Positions 1 to 13,078 of a stretch of 64,000 nucleotides of DNA are shown here, in pieces; position 1 is the stretch's first letter, and every line of letters begins with the position of its first letter. The notes under the pieces are model-generated. The model was not told where the DNA came from. It did no database searches and saw only the letters and a program-made list of their open reading frames with translations. The stretch is from Chlorokybus atmophyticus (Eukaryota > Plantae > Mesostigma and Chlorokybus algae). The position numbers and the translations under genes were made by a program. Location: positions 373,337 to 437,336 of the forward strand of contig RHPI01001168.1 in assembly GCA_009103225.1 (NCBI GenBank), read 5' to 3'.

Positions 1-801
1 TCCTCCTCCGACAAGTCTTCTGCTTCAACTTCCGAGTCATCCTCATCTGCTGCCTTGCTCGCTAACAGCACAGGGGCTACTCGTCCTTTAGCTTGAATAT
101 TGGTACCTCGGCGTGCACACGCATGCGCTTGATGGTCGCTTTGTAACCACCTGTATGTGGTAATGGTATAAGAGTGGCGTGCTGCCAGAGAACTAGCCCA
201 TCAGCATATGCATGCTTACCTCGTCTTCCGCTTTATTGCACTCCGCCAGGCAGAGAGTCAGCTTGCCACGTTGCTCTGAGTTCTCTCAAAGCAACATGGC
301 AATCTGCAAGCATATTGCTTAATTGACGCTAGAAATATTAAACTAGGTCATGGATTACCCGTTCGTGGTACCCCGCAGCTTCTCTTTTGCGACTTGTGAG
401 CTCTCGCAAGTACAAATAGGCTATGCATTTGTGAGATTGGTCATGCTGTTTATGTGCATGACATTGGAGGCTGTGCATGAAGGTGTGCATGTGGTATTGA
501 CAATGTATGTGCAAGGATTCTTAAGGCTGTGCATGTGCAAGATAAAAGAACCCTAGCATGTGGCATTGACAGAGCATTGTTACCCACCTTGGTTATGCCA
601 GTCTTCTTTGGATCCTTCAATTATGTCGCCATGATCGCAGCTGCTGGTGGGTCAAATGTTCTTAGAGACAGTATTGTGGTGTGCCTTTTCCCACTCTGAG
701 GGGGAGACCTGTAAGATATCGCCCAAGTCGCTGTTGTCATTGGCTGTGCCCTTAGTAGGCATGGTGGGATTTGACACCCCACCGGCACCTTGCCCGCCCT
801 G

Positions 802-1171
802 TGTTAAATGTTATAGGTTGTGGAAAGTACATGTATAGGCGGCGCCTACATGTAGTTGGTACGATCAGCTTAACCATTATGGTTACGGGAGTTATGAGAG
901 TTACGGGAATTACAGCAATTATGGTCAACCGTGAGCATACTTTGACTTTGACCGTTGACTTTGACCATAGACTAGTGTTGACTAGTGTAGACTTTAATAA
1001 GAGTTGACTAGAGTTGACTAGTGCTTAATAGCATAGTATATAAGACACTGTATACTGCTTAATACAATGGGTCGCACATTGTCTCTATAGTTGGCATGCT
1101 TGCTGCACTTGTCCTTAGTGTGTGCACACTTGCATGTACACACACACCAGTTGCATCACTAGTTCTCAACA
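802..1171 (+). mobile_element. Solo LTR, family B (copia-like non-autonomous family)
   Basis: TGTTAAATG...TTCTCAACA termini with a perfect 5-bp TSD CCCTG (797-801 / 1172-1176). Same sequence as the LTRs at 18290-18668 and 20223-20591. Confidence 0.95.
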
Positions 1172-1626
1172 CCCTGTGCGAATATGGGCTTCACCTCGAC
1201 CACAACGCCCACTACGCCCCTGGCAGCGTCGCCAACGATCCATTAAACGCCACATACCCTCATCGTCACGGCCCTGCAATAGCTTGGCGGAGCCATCAAT
1301 GTTGCGTTCATGCGCAAGGACTGGCATTGCCAGCACTTGTCAATGGTATAAACCGCCATTGCCATTGTACCAAATAATGCAATTTCAATAGTATATGAGT
1401 TCATGAAGCGCATGAAACGCGCGCCCATGAACTCAGAAATTGTTAATGAGTTATGAGACTCCTGTGCCCCTAGTGCCCTAGGCACTTGAGGGCACAAGCA
1501 CTCACCAGATAGAGTTGTGAGTCACAAGCTCCTTATTTAGTCGCTTAAATCCCTAGCACGGCGGCGCCATCCTTGGCGTAAGTGGCGAGTGTGGTGAGAA
1601 GGTGTGGACGGAAGCGGCCCTCCACT

Positions 1627-3104
1627 ATGGTCACACGGTCACAAGCGAGTGCCCACGCGGATGGAAAGGAGGTGGCGGCCACGGCCGCGGCGGCGTTGCT
1701 AGCCGCCAATCGCTTGTTGCGGCCTGAGAGTCCGCATCGCGAGGTGGAGGAGGGAAGGAAGGAGAGAGAGGAGGGAGAGGTGCACCCCGCCAGTGGTGGG
1801 AGAGAAGAGGAGGTGAATGGTGGCGAGGATGAGGAGTCCAACGAGGAGTCGCATGAGGACTTTCACCCAAAGCGCCAAAAGCGGGCTCCAAGTCCAAGTT
1901 GCTCTACCACCCCGTCCATGATGTCCGTGGAGGACATGGCGAGGAGGTTGGAGGTCTTGGAGGCGGAGAACATTTGCTTAAAGCGTGGGAAGGCGCCCGC
2001 CATCCCTCGTGATGAGCCCGTTTACGAGCCCAACCACCCCCTACATGTGAGCATCCTTCATCGCGACAATGGCGACCGCACCAACCCCAACGCTCGAGTG
2101 GGAGCCATGGCCACCCGCTTCAACGAGCCCATTACCCCTTGGAAGGAGAACTTGAAGAAGCGGGCTCGACAACACCTCGAAGTGGCGGCTTATTTCGGCT
2201 CGGCGGCATCCTACTTCGCCCGAGTGCCCACGCACCTTGCCGAGGACCCCCACTTCGCCAAAGGCCGAAAGGAGAACATGAAAGGTGGGCTCATTCTTTG
2301 TTGAGTACCGCTATATGCATGCGCATGTAGGCACATAATCATGTGGATGCGAATTTCGCCCACGCACGCTTGCATATGCGTGCATCATGGGCCTTATGAA
2401 GGCGCCAGCCCGTATAGCTACACACTCATTCTATTAGCTACATATGTTCCGCATCCCTCCTCCCCCCATGTCCGGAGGGGGGGGGAGGGGCCCGCCTTTA
2501 ACATCATTGTATGTTCACCTCTGTACTCACATTATGACTACCCCACAGCAAGGGAATGAGCAACAGGGCTCAACATCTGCATTTGCATGCGCATATGCAC
2601 GTGTTAGGTACGGGCACGGGAATAAATTGGGGGTGCGCTTGGCGCTAGACCCGGTGGCTTTGAGTGCGTAGGAACATGCAACGCGTGTTGCTCATGTGTG
2701 CTCTGTGTGCAGCATTAGTTGAGGTGTGTCAGCAATTCCACTGTGTGGAAGTCGCCAACAAGCATAATTGAAAGGTCGTAGACGAGCTGGTGCGCAACCC
2801 CCTCGCCATGGATGATGATGAGGCAAAGCGCCTGAAGAAGGTGTTGAAGGATGTGGCTGCGGCACAGCCTAAGGCAAAGCCTGCCTACCATCTCAACAAG
2901 GGGCGTGGCCAGTACCCCCCCCCCCCCCGCTACTCTGGGTCCTATGCATCGGGTGCGAAGCAGACCAGTTATAGGACCCCTCTTATTCAGTCTAAGGCAG
3001 CTTCTACTGGGGGCCAGCGGGATGTCCGCACATGCTACAACTGTGGGAAGCCCGGGCACCCGCATGCCTATTGCCGTGAGCCTGTAGGGCGTGGGGGCCA
3101 TTAG
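1627..3104 (+). pseudogene. gag-like gene of YR retrotransposon copy 1, predicted two exons (1627-2284, 2713-3104)
   Basis: C-terminal CCHC knuckle CYNCGKPGHPHAYC. A GT..AG intron at 2285-2712 joins the two ORFs in frame. One in-frame TGA in exon 2. Confidence 0.7.
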
Positions 3105-3498
3105 CTCTCATAGCAGCCCCATAGCTGTGTCGTTATAGCCTAGTAGCCGTACACTTGTGCGCATATATTGCCTGTACTTGCTTTTGATGTCTTAAATAAC
3201 CCTCGAATGAAATGAAACTTGGAGTACATGATTGTGACAAAGTGAGGCTTAAGTAGAGCCCAAGAAACGTGCAATTTGAACACGGTTTGCTATAATTGCA
3301 ATTTGTTTGGCTCATAACTTTCGTTTGAGGCACCGGTCAGATGACGCTCCTCGGCTTAAGCGCTGAGAAACGCTTCCTTTTGACACACCAATTGTCCCCA
3401 TTGAACATCGTTTGCTAAAGTTATGACCGTGCCAAGATGAAAGTGCATGCACTCACCTCTTACACATACGGGGTGCAGAAACGGCGGCAGCGTGCACG

Positions 3499-4617
3499 GT
3501 GGCACTTGACTGCACTTCAATTAAGTCGGAGTTGGTGGAGGACTGGATGAAACATCATGAGTTTACACAAGCACCTAGTAAACTGGTGGTGGAAGGCCCA
3601 TACATGCGGCACCGCTTATGGGGGGCCCTGCCAGCATGGCAGCAATTTTGTGAGTCTACCATGGTGCTCTCGTGGGTGGAGTACGGGTACAAGCTACCAT
3701 GGGCGACTGACCCACCCCCCGAAAGGGCATTCACCAACCATCCGGGTGTGCATGAGTTTGCGGGCTTCACTGCGGCTGCCATTGCTAACCTAGTATATAG
3801 TGGGGCCGCACAAGAGTGTGTGACACCCCCCCTCGTGGTGAGCCCACTCAACGTGGTCAATGATGGCCGCAAGATGCGCCTCATGAACTTGTGCTATGTC
3901 AACTCCTACTTAGTGAACACGCCATTCAAATATGAGGATGTGCGCAGCATTCCGGACTTGCTGCAGCCCGAGGACTGGTTGTTCTCCATGGACTTGAAGT
4001 CCAAATACATTTATGTAGACATACACCCAGCCTTCTGGGGCTACTTAGGGTTCTCATTTGCGGGCAAAGTGTACAACTTTTACTCTTTGCCGTTTGGGTT
4101 GAGCACAGCTTGCTTCGCATTCACAAAGGTGATAAAGCAATTGGTGCGCCGTTGGCGTGTACAAGGCATCCACGTCCTGCCATACATTGACGATTTCCTG
4201 TTTGCTGCTCGCTCCAAGGCTGCGCATGCCTCAACCCTGGCCGTGGTGAAAGCAGATGCAGCATGGTGCGGGCTGGTGATTAATGCCAAGGCGCAAACGG
4301 TGCTCAGTCGGGTGATTGTATTTCTGGGCTTTGTGTGGGATATACACGCTGGCGTGGTACGTGTCCCCGGCAAGAAGAGAGATGGTTTCCTCAGAGATCT
4401 GCAGCGTGCTGTTGGTGATAGGCGCCATGTCCCAGTAAAGTTGCTGGCCAGGATTTGTGGCAAGCTACACTCTATGTTCCTAGTGTTAGGGCCTGCAGTC
4501 AGACTCATGACTTGGCATATACGCCGCTTGACTGAGACGCGCCGCTCGCGAAAGTCACACATGCTGCTGTGCAAGGCGGAGATTGATGAGTTGACGTGGT
4601 TACGAGACCACTTTTAG
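3499..4617 (+). pseudogene. DIRS-type reverse transcriptase
   Basis: SPLNVV..GRKMRL, DLKSKY, LPFGLS and YIDDFL motifs; truncated at the RNase H start. Confidence 0.92.
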
Positions 4618-5639
4618 GAGCTAAACATGGCACCTATTTGGCCGACAGTGCAGCCCGACATAGTGCAAATTGTGGATGCTAGCGGCACCGGTTGGGGACT
4701 AGTTTTGGTGCTGGGCGTAGCCACCGTGCTATCGACCCATAGCGACCCTCCAGCATGAGTTGTATGTCGCATATAACTCGTGTGTGGGTTACGCTGTGCC
4801 GGCGCATCTTCGTACCATTGAAGCGGTACAGTTAGGATATTCATGCAAACTAACCCGACCCTGGACGTGCAATGGCTCGATTGTACCTTGATAATGGTAC
4901 GACGGAGCCGTTACGCCAGTGAATGGCGGCCAAGTTTCTCGCCTCTGGCATGTAAGGGTAGCGATGGCGGTGGCGGCGGCGGCGGTTGTGCATGATTTTA
5001 TTATAGGATGATACAGGTTACATTGGCGACGCATGTGTCGACAATAATAGTGAGCTATGAGAGTCTTTTGTCCATATTGCCACATGCGCTGCATCACACG
5101 TAGCTGGATTATGGTTAGCAGCAGGGTGTGCGAATCAAGCTGTATGTTGGCCAACGTTTATTGCAGTACGATTCGTGTTATGTATATCCCGGCAATTCGA
5201 TGCAAGATGCGCACATGCTTGATGTGAATGGACCCCTCCAAAAGACACATGCATAGCAGCAACAGAAGAAGGAGGAAGTCAATGAGGGCTTATGATGTAT
5301 GTGTGTGCCTGAGAAACCTGTGGCACGCCAATATGGAAGTGGAGGCGTCTGTTTGCACGCGTCCAAATGGTGGTATGGCTTGGAGCATGCCCTTAAAGTG
5401 GCATTTGTGCAGTGCAATAACGGCCAAGGCCTTTCGGCCTCCAACATGGGGCGAAAAATAAAGTGCATAAAAAATGCACACTTTCAGACGGAAGAGCTCC
5501 AGTGGGAGACCGCTATGCATGTGGCCAGCTACCTCCAGACCACAATTGCTTTCTCTTCTAAAATGTGTTCATAGTGTGCGGTGCATGTGCTTCAATAAAT
5601 TGATCCATGTCACATATACACATGCGAGTGTGCTAATGT

Positions 5640-6331
5640 ATCAGAGCTACGTGACGGCTGACTTGCGCAAGCCTGGAGACCCTGAGGATAAGGACATCAG
5701 CGTCACATATATGCCGGCTAAGGTCTGTGAAATGCCGCATACAATTTGAGGCCAGCATGGCTAGTAATGCTCTCTACTGGAGCTGGTATAGCTCGCACGG
5801 TTGTATGGCAATGCACATGCCGCTAATGGCTTCAATCTTTAGTACAGTGGTGATGAGCACAGCTTTGGCCATCCTTTCGTAGGCGATTAAAAGGATGTTC
5901 AGGTGAATTTGAGGAGAGAGGTGGGGGAAGCGTCCTACTTGGCGCCTGCCATTTCGTATAGTGACAAGACCACACTGGACAGCGCGGGCAAGCGCTTTGG
6001 CTACCCTCTGATGGCATATCTTGTCTACTATAGTTGGGACATGTATGCTAGCAACATGGGGGTTGTTATGATATGATAGCACTTTTGCCGATTGGATGCT
6101 CGGCCACTGCGTGGCTCACGCAGTAGCCGGGCATCCCACCTGAGCGCAGGGCAAGGTATCGTTCCCAATTAACAAATGTGAGATCATGTGACGCTTTTAA
6201 TGTAGTGTTAGGGGATGTGATGCGGGCGAGCTGAGAAGGTCTGCAGCTCATCGTCCCGCATGGCATCGAGCATCGTGTGTTGCCCGCACTTGCCAACTAC
6301 AGCAGCGACTTGCGGGTATTGGGCATGCATG
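5640..6331 (+). pseudogene. Plavaka-like (CMC/EnSpm clade) DDE transposase, 5' part
   Basis: Manual translation gives GD*KDVQVNL...APAISYSDKTTLDSAGKRFGYPL (5858-6075) and EGLQLIVPHGIEHRVLPALANYSSDL (~6237-6315). These match the remembered Plavaka blocks GDWW..Q..L..PII..SDKT.L....YP and G..M...DG..R...P.LAAY.AD. Stops and frameshifts present. Confidence 0.7.
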
Positions 6332-6419
6332 AACTCACACACGAGTTATATGCGACATACAGCTCATGCTGGGGGGTCGCTATGGGTCAATAGATGGATA
6401 ATATAGTTCAGAGCGCGTA

Positions 6420-7424
6420 CCACTTTAGCCGAAGCTCTTCGAGAGTATATGCAACTCAGGCAACGCCGTGTACACATAGCCCTCAGCTGCAGTGGAAGAT
6501 ATTCAGCGCCCAAACCGCTGCCACACGTGACGGGGCACACCAGCCTTCATCGCCTGGGTCGCTGCGCCCGAACGGGCAGAGTGTGATAAAAATTGCATGG
6601 GATCCTCCCCCGCCACCCGGATGGCTGCCTTTTTCTAACCGAGCATGGTTCCATATGACGGTGTTGTGTATGATGCACGTTTCCCCCCACCCACTTAATG
6701 GAGCGCAGCAACTTGCCCGACCCAGCTTACTTGTAGCCCGAACCAAACAACAAGTTTTCGGTGTGCATCACATGGCACAAATCACCGGCCACAGCAGCTA
6801 TATGCCCTGTGGCGCCCACACCATTGTGGGCGGTTTTGCTGCGCGAGATGATGAGATCTATCCGATCCGGCCGACAGATGTCCTGCGTGTTGACCTCGGC
6901 CGTGTCGAAATACCGTATCATACCCGCAATCGCAACAACACAGCCACCTTTTACAATGTGGCCACTAAGTCCCAACCATTGCGAGCAAAGTGCGAAACCA
7001 TGGCGCGCAAGAGCTCAGGTGTGCAAGCATCCTTCTGCCGTTGGCCCGATGGTAGTAGCTACTATCTCACGCACCATTGCCACAAGTGTACTCGCAATGG
7101 GTGGGGTCTGGCCTGTCATGGCATGCACAGCATGTATGGCCGCTGAGGCTTTCCTTACAGGTGCCGGGGTGGAGGAAGCCATTAACACTTTGTGCAAAAC
7201 ATGGCAACTGTGCCAGGGTCTGCCGGCAAGGTTGCCCAACGACGGGGCGTGTCAAACGCCATAAAGCGGTTCAAATAGGTCTCATGGCCCCGTATGGTGC
7301 TAATAGCACGCGAAGCCGCCGCCACTGCCGAGTACAAGGTGCGCAGGCGCTCAATCTTGTAGTCTTCGGGTACGTCCGGCATGAGCGCCTGTAGGCTACG
7401 CTTAATGGCAGCTGCACACAGCAT
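6420..7424 (-). pseudogene. Tyrosine recombinase of YR retrotransposon copy 2
   Basis: GMIRYFD (catalytic R region), RSKTAHNGVG and the GVPHYVWQRFGRW-equivalent C-terminus. Collinear with 38440-39404; frameshifted. Confidence 0.85.
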
Positions 7425-7559
7425 GTGTCAATGGCCAGGACGCAAGTCAATCCGCAATGCCCACATGTGACTATTGGGCAAAGCCCCCTTGAATTTCTGT
7501 GGCTTAAGGGCTAGGCCAGAAGCAGGCTGGGCCTCCGAGTAGGCTTACAACATCTGTGA

Positions 7560-8322
7560 CAAATGGTGCCCACGCCCCGCCGGGGCAAAGCACGAGCCAT
7601 TAGTCCACTCGGGTACAATGAGGCAAATGCGAGCCTTGCATTCGCGGGAATGGCGCAGAAGACTGCCAACACGGTGTGGTGGGGGATGGCACCAGTTGTC
7701 GCAACCACTTTAATCACAGCGGAAGGCATTGCCGGATGAGCTCGGCCATAGCAACACCGAGTTAAAGGCCACACACACAGTGTTGGCATCCGTGGCGAAT
7801 CGGTCTACACTCAAAGGGCCCCACTTGCGGGCGAGCAAGCGGACCCATGGGGTTTGCAAGGTCCAACCGTTCCAATGCGGTGCTTTGGAGAGCGCGTCCG
7901 CCTCCTCATTGAGCTCACGCGGTAACCACTCGGTATGCAAGCGAATGCCATGCCGGTGGCAATGTAAGAAAATACGACATGCCACTTACTTTAAGTGCTC
8001 GGCCTCACTGCCCCCTTTGCGCATAATGTAGTACACATTATGGGCATCGCCATAGCATAGCACCGTGCGTCCATGCAGCTCCTCTACAACAGTGAACAGG
8101 GCACGCTCAAGTCCTAATGACTCGCGATGTGTCAATGGAGTCAAGTACTCATCCGGTATGAATGTGCCCTTCACTACGGGGGCAGTCGTACCATGGTGCA
8201 CCAGTCCCCAACCACTACCACTAGCATCCACGAACTGCACTATGTCCGGCTGCACAATAGGCCAAATGGTTGCCATGTAAAGCTCCTCAATCTGGTCTTT
8301 CAGCCACGTTAACTCCGGGATC
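7560..8322 (-). pseudogene. DIRS RNase H followed by DIRS-type N6-adenine methyltransferase-like (MT) domain
   Basis: RNase H: VDASGSGWG...HRESLG...GDAHNV...EWLPRELNEEADALSK. MT: WGPLSVDRFATDAN...AFNS...NAF..D*...NWCHPP...LIVPEW. Confidence 0.8.
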
Positions 8323-8990
8323 TTAAATTGGCGTAGCACCGTTGGAGAGCTCCATAAGTGGCGGGTCTCGATTAAGCGGCGGGTATGCCAAGTCATGATG
8401 TTTAACGGCAGGACCCAACACTAGGAACATGGATTGTGGCTTGCCACAGATGCGGGCCATCAACTTCAATGGCACATGGCGCCTATCATCAAATGCGCGT
8501 TGCAAGTCCCTAATCAAACCATCACGCTTTTTACCGAGGACACGAATAGTGCCAGCGTGTGTATCCCACACAAAGCCAAGGAAGATGGTGACTCTACCAA
8601 GCACAATCCGCGCCTTGGTGTTGATCACCAGCCCGCACCATGCTGCATTTGCTGCTTGCACCACTGCGAGGGAAGCATGCGCTGCCCGTGAACTAGCAGC
8701 CAAGAGGAAGTCGTCAATGTATGGCAATACCCGGATGCCTTGCACACGCCAGTGTCGCACCAACCGTTTCATAACCTTGGTGAACACGATGCACGCCGTT
8801 CTCAACCTAAATGGCAACGAGCAAAAGTTGTACACTTTGCCCGCAAATGAGAACCCCAAGTAGCCCCAAAAGGCGGGGTGAATGTTCACATGATGGTATT
8901 CAGATTTCTAGTCCGTGGAGAACAACCAGTCCTCGGGTTGTTGCAAGTCTGAGATGTTGCGCACATCTTCATACTTGAATGGGGTGTTCA
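8323..8990 (-). pseudogene. RT of YR retrotransposon copy 2, 3' part (5' part at 13084-13543)
   Basis: LPFRLRT and YIDDFL motifs; homologous to 3499-4617 and split by the copia insertion. Confidence 0.9.
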
Positions 8991-11900
8991 TATTGAGATT
9001 GCACAGTAGTAACAATGACAAGCACAAGTGTGGCGCTAATTATAGAGCAGAGTGGATCTTACTGTATTGCACTACATGCAGTGTCTTATATAGTACACTA
9101 GTGAGTGCTAGTCAACACTAGTCAACGCTAGTCAAAGTCAACACTAGTCAATGGTCAAAATCAAAGTCAATGGTCAAAGTCAAAGGTCAAAGTCAACGTT
9201 GACCATAGTGGACTGTAACTCCCATAACGGCAGTTGATCGTAACTCTCAAGCTGAAGATGATCGTAGAAGGTTAGCTAAGGCGCCTAACAAAGTACCTTT
9301 AACACTCCTACGCGAGCATCTTTAGCCTTCAACTCCGAGCTCCAGGCAACAAGTCTGGAACTTGGTTGGTGGCAGTGGCTTGATCATGCAGTCCGCGAGC
9401 ATGTCCTCCGTGCTGCAGTACCTGAACTCCACCTCACCTCGTGCAACTCTCTCTCACACAAGGTGGTGCATGATGTCGATGTGCTTCGACCTTGGAGATG
9501 TGATGGGGTGCATGCTCAACTTGAGCGCTCCTTGGTTGTCACACATGATAGTGACCCGGCTCAGTGCATGTCCCAAGTCAGTGACCAACTTGCGAAGCCA
9601 TAGTGCTTCCTTCACCGCAGATGAAGCCGCCATGTACTCGGCCTCAGTGGTTGATGCAGCAACAGTAAGCTGTAGTCGGCTGTTCCAGCTGACAACGCCT
9701 CCTCCCATCAGGAAAGTGTATCCTGTGGTAGACCTCCTTGTGTCGAGGTCCCCCACATAGTCCGCAAGCAACCACCGCAAGCAACCACACTTGGCCGTCT
9801 TCACTGATGAAGAGCCCGGGATCTGATGATGACTGCTGAACGCCCATCTTTTCTAGCTCCTTGCTGAGCTGAATGTGCCAGACTCTTGGCGCTTGCTTAA
9901 GCCCATAAAGAGCCTTGTGTAGCAAGCAAGCCTTTCCTGAGCCTCCCTCCTCGTAACCTTGAGGCTGCTGCAAGTAGATCTGTTCATCCAACTCTCCATA
10001 TAGAAAAGCAGTCTTCACGTCCAAGTGGTGCAGCTCCAAGTCCTGTACAGCAACCTTTGCAAGCAGCGCCCTGAAGGTTGTGCTTACTGGCATGCGCAAA
10101 CACCTCCTTGTAGTCAACGCCCTCCTCCCATAGGAAGCCCTTTGCCACAAGTTGCGCCTTGTAGCGCTCGATGTTGCCCTTGCCGTTACGCTTGATCTTG
10201 TACACCCACTAGACAGGTATAGGCTTGACGCCTTGTGAAACCTGCTCAAGTACCCGAGTCTTGTTGGCGTGTAGCAAAGCAATCTCCTCATCCATGGCCT
10301 TGCGCCACAACTCAGCATCTGGAGCTGTATTGGCCTCATGGTAGGTGCTTGGCTCCTTCTCCTCAGTGGTTTCAGCGCTCTTGGCCTGGAACCTTTTTTA
10401 GAATTGAGGTGGCGCTCTGTTTCTCACAGGGTAGCGCCTCTCCTGCTCATCCACAGGTGCAATCTCGTCCTCCTCAAGGTGTGACGCACCATTAGGAACC
10501 TCCACGTTGGCACATGGTGTGGTGATGACCTCTGGCTCCTCAGCAAGGTCATTGTTCACATGCGTAGAAGGTGTTGTTTGTGAAGTCGCCACCATCTTCT
10601 CGTCGAAGACAACATCCCTTCGAACCACAATCTCCTTGCTGTCCTCAAGCAAGATCCTGTATGCCTTGGAGTTTGGCTCGTACCCGACAAAGACACCCAT
10701 CTCCCTCACGTTCTCAAGCTTCCTTCTCAGCTGCTTGGGGATGTGTGGATACGCCTTGGCTCCAAGCACACGCATGTGCGTCACGTCAGGCTTCGCACCG
10801 TAGAACAACTCCGACGGGGTCTTGACTTTGTTGCTCGTAGGTGACCTGTTGCGGATGTAATTGGCCGTGACAAACGCCTCAGCCCACAAAGCTTTGTTCA
10901 GCTTTGTATCTGTAAGCATGGCACGCACGCGCTCCACAAGCGTGCGGTTGAGACGCTCTGCAGCACCGTTTTGCTCAGGGGTGTAGGGTGCAGTAGTTTC
11001 ATGCTTGATGCCGTGCTCATCTAGGTAGCTCTTCAAGGTGTGGTTGAGGTACTCAGAGCCTCAATCACTTCTCAACACAAACACCTTTGTCTTTGCTTGT
11101 GTGGCCAACTGAGTGAGTGTCCGCTTGACTACAGCAGCAACATCCGACTTCGCAGCAATTGGAATGATAGCAGACAGCTTGCTGAAGTCATCTATGAAAG
11201 TGGCAACGTACCAACTCCCTCCAGTGGACGCAACCGGCATGGGACCGCACACATCCATGTGCACGAGCTGCAAGGGTGCTATACTGGTGCGGGAAGAGGT
11301 AGGAAAAGGCTGCCTAGGCATCTTGCTCAGCACGCACGGCTCGCATAGATCACCTTTTACTGCCTTGATGTCCTCCGCTTTGATGTTGATCCCTTCCACC
11401 ATGTCCTCAGCCATCAGTCTTGCCAGGTTGTCCCATCCAAGATGTCCAAGTCTTCAGTGCCAAAGATGAGCTATGTCCGATGCAGTGACTGTTGCAGACA
11501 ACGCATGCTGCCGATCCAGTGTGATGCAGTACAAGCTCTCTCGCAATGTGCCCTCCACAACAACAATGTTGTTCACCTTGACTTGACACTTCTGAGCAGT
11601 GAAGTCAACTTTGGCGCCTGCGCTTGTAGCTCTTCGAATGGGTAACAGGCTGGAAGCTAATCCTGGCACGTGGATCACCTCCTTCAGGGCCACTTCGTGT
11701 GTAGCGCCCGCCACCACAGTATGTAGGATGACGGTGCCCACTCCCACAGCTTGCATTTGCAGCTTGTTGCCAATGCTCACTTTCACACCAGCAGCATCGC
11801 TGAGAGCATGACGTTTCTGGAACTCATGTCATGTGGGGTCATATGCTGTGTGCACGCAGAATCGAACAACCAAGCGCTTTCGATAGCAGTGGTGCTAGCA

Positions 11901-13078
11901 GCAAGTGCTACAGCTTGTCTATGAGAACCTTGTTTCTGTTGCTGAACGCGCTTCAACTTTCGACAGTCCTTCTTCAGGTGTCCCTTCCTGTCGCAGTATT
12001 GGCAGGTACGCGTCTCCTTCTTCCCACCACCGTTGTTGTTGTTGGGGCGTGGATTGGATTGTGCCGCGAATGCCACAGTTTCGACCTCGTCCTGGCGTGA
12101 AGTGGATGCTCATTGCTCGACTTGAAATAGGCATGGGGTGATGGCCTCGAGGGTGAGCTCCTCACTGGTTGACTCCATAATGGTGACAGTCATCTCAAAC
12201 TCCTTGGCAAGCCAGCAAGGATGACCCAGACCACCTCCACCTCCTTCACTTCATGTCGAATGGCAAGCAAGTCGTCCCACAGCTGCCTGGCTCGTGAGAT
12301 GAACTTGATGACAGGTTTAGCAACATCCTTCCTCAAAGCATTCAACTGCTTCCTCAACTACAATTTCCTAGCATTGTTCTTACCCTTGTAAACCTCAGCA
12401 AACTTCTGCCACAACTCTCTGGCAGACTTGCGACATGCAACAAGCGCTAAGTGATGCTGTACCACATTCAATCCTATCAACGCAAGTGCTTGATTGGACT
12501 TTTTCTTTGTGGGTGCGTCCTCCAAGCCGAGAGGGCGCTCCGTGGGATCCACCACCGACCATAAATCCTTGTGCATGAGTAGCATCTGCATCCGGATGCT
12601 CCATGTCCCATAGTTGTCGAGGTCCAGTGGCTCGATGTTGACCTTGTCATAGCTGGTCGCCATGCTTCCTTTGCTAGCCTGCAATGAAGACGGCGCCTCC
12701 CCAAGCTACACCAACTTGTACTTGCTATGTTAGCGCTAGTGTGGGCCCATAACCTATTGAGATTGCATAGTAGCAACAATGACAAGCACAAGTGTGGCGC
12801 TGATAATAGAGCAGAGTGGATCTGATTGTATAGCACAACATGCAGTGTCTTATATAGTACACTAGTAAGTGCTAGTCAACACTAGTCAACGCTAGTCAAA
12901 GTCAACACTAGTCAACACTGGTCAACTGTCAAAGTCAAAGTCAATGGTCAAAGTCAAAGGTCAAAGTCAACGTTGACCATAGTGGACTGTAACTCCCATA
13001 ACGGCAGTTGACCGTAACTCCCAAAGTGAAGATGATCGTAGAAGTTTAGCTAAGGCGCCTAACAAAGTACCTTTAACA
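8991..13078 (-). mobile_element. Ty1/copia LTR retrotransposon (family A), defective
   Basis: LTRs at 8991-9304 and 12755-13078, TSD GTTCA, PBS GGTTATGGGCCC (12743-12754). Domains: gag (NYGTWSIRM, CQYCDRKGHLKKDC), protease WLFDSACTQHM, integrase (LVHMDVCGP, TPEQNGAAERLNRT), RT ([17 protein letters not shown]) and RNase H (STTEAEY, RSKHID). The RT YxDD segment is deleted. Confidence 0.96.

Larger units (their letters stand above)
1393..4790 (+). mobile_element. Tyrosine-recombinase (DIRS-order, PAT/TOC1-like split direct repeat) retrotransposon copy 1, internally deleted
   Basis: Starts with terminal repeat A (1393-1595), then gag and RT ORFs. The RNase H start (VDASGTGWGLV) is fused directly to the last ~27 bp of spacer plus terminal repeat B (ends GTGTGGGTT at 4790). 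No TSD. Confidence 0.88.

Noticed and set aside
1-801. Minus-strand coding-like fragments at 1-801, 1172-1392 and 4791-5600
   Set aside because: No family motif was recognised. They may belong to the Plavaka-like element but cannot be assigned.
900-1025. Short repeats in LTRs and the 70-bp and 272-bp arrays as CRISPR-like arrays
   Set aside because: There are no unique spacers and no cas genes, the context is eukaryotic, and all lie inside defined transposons.
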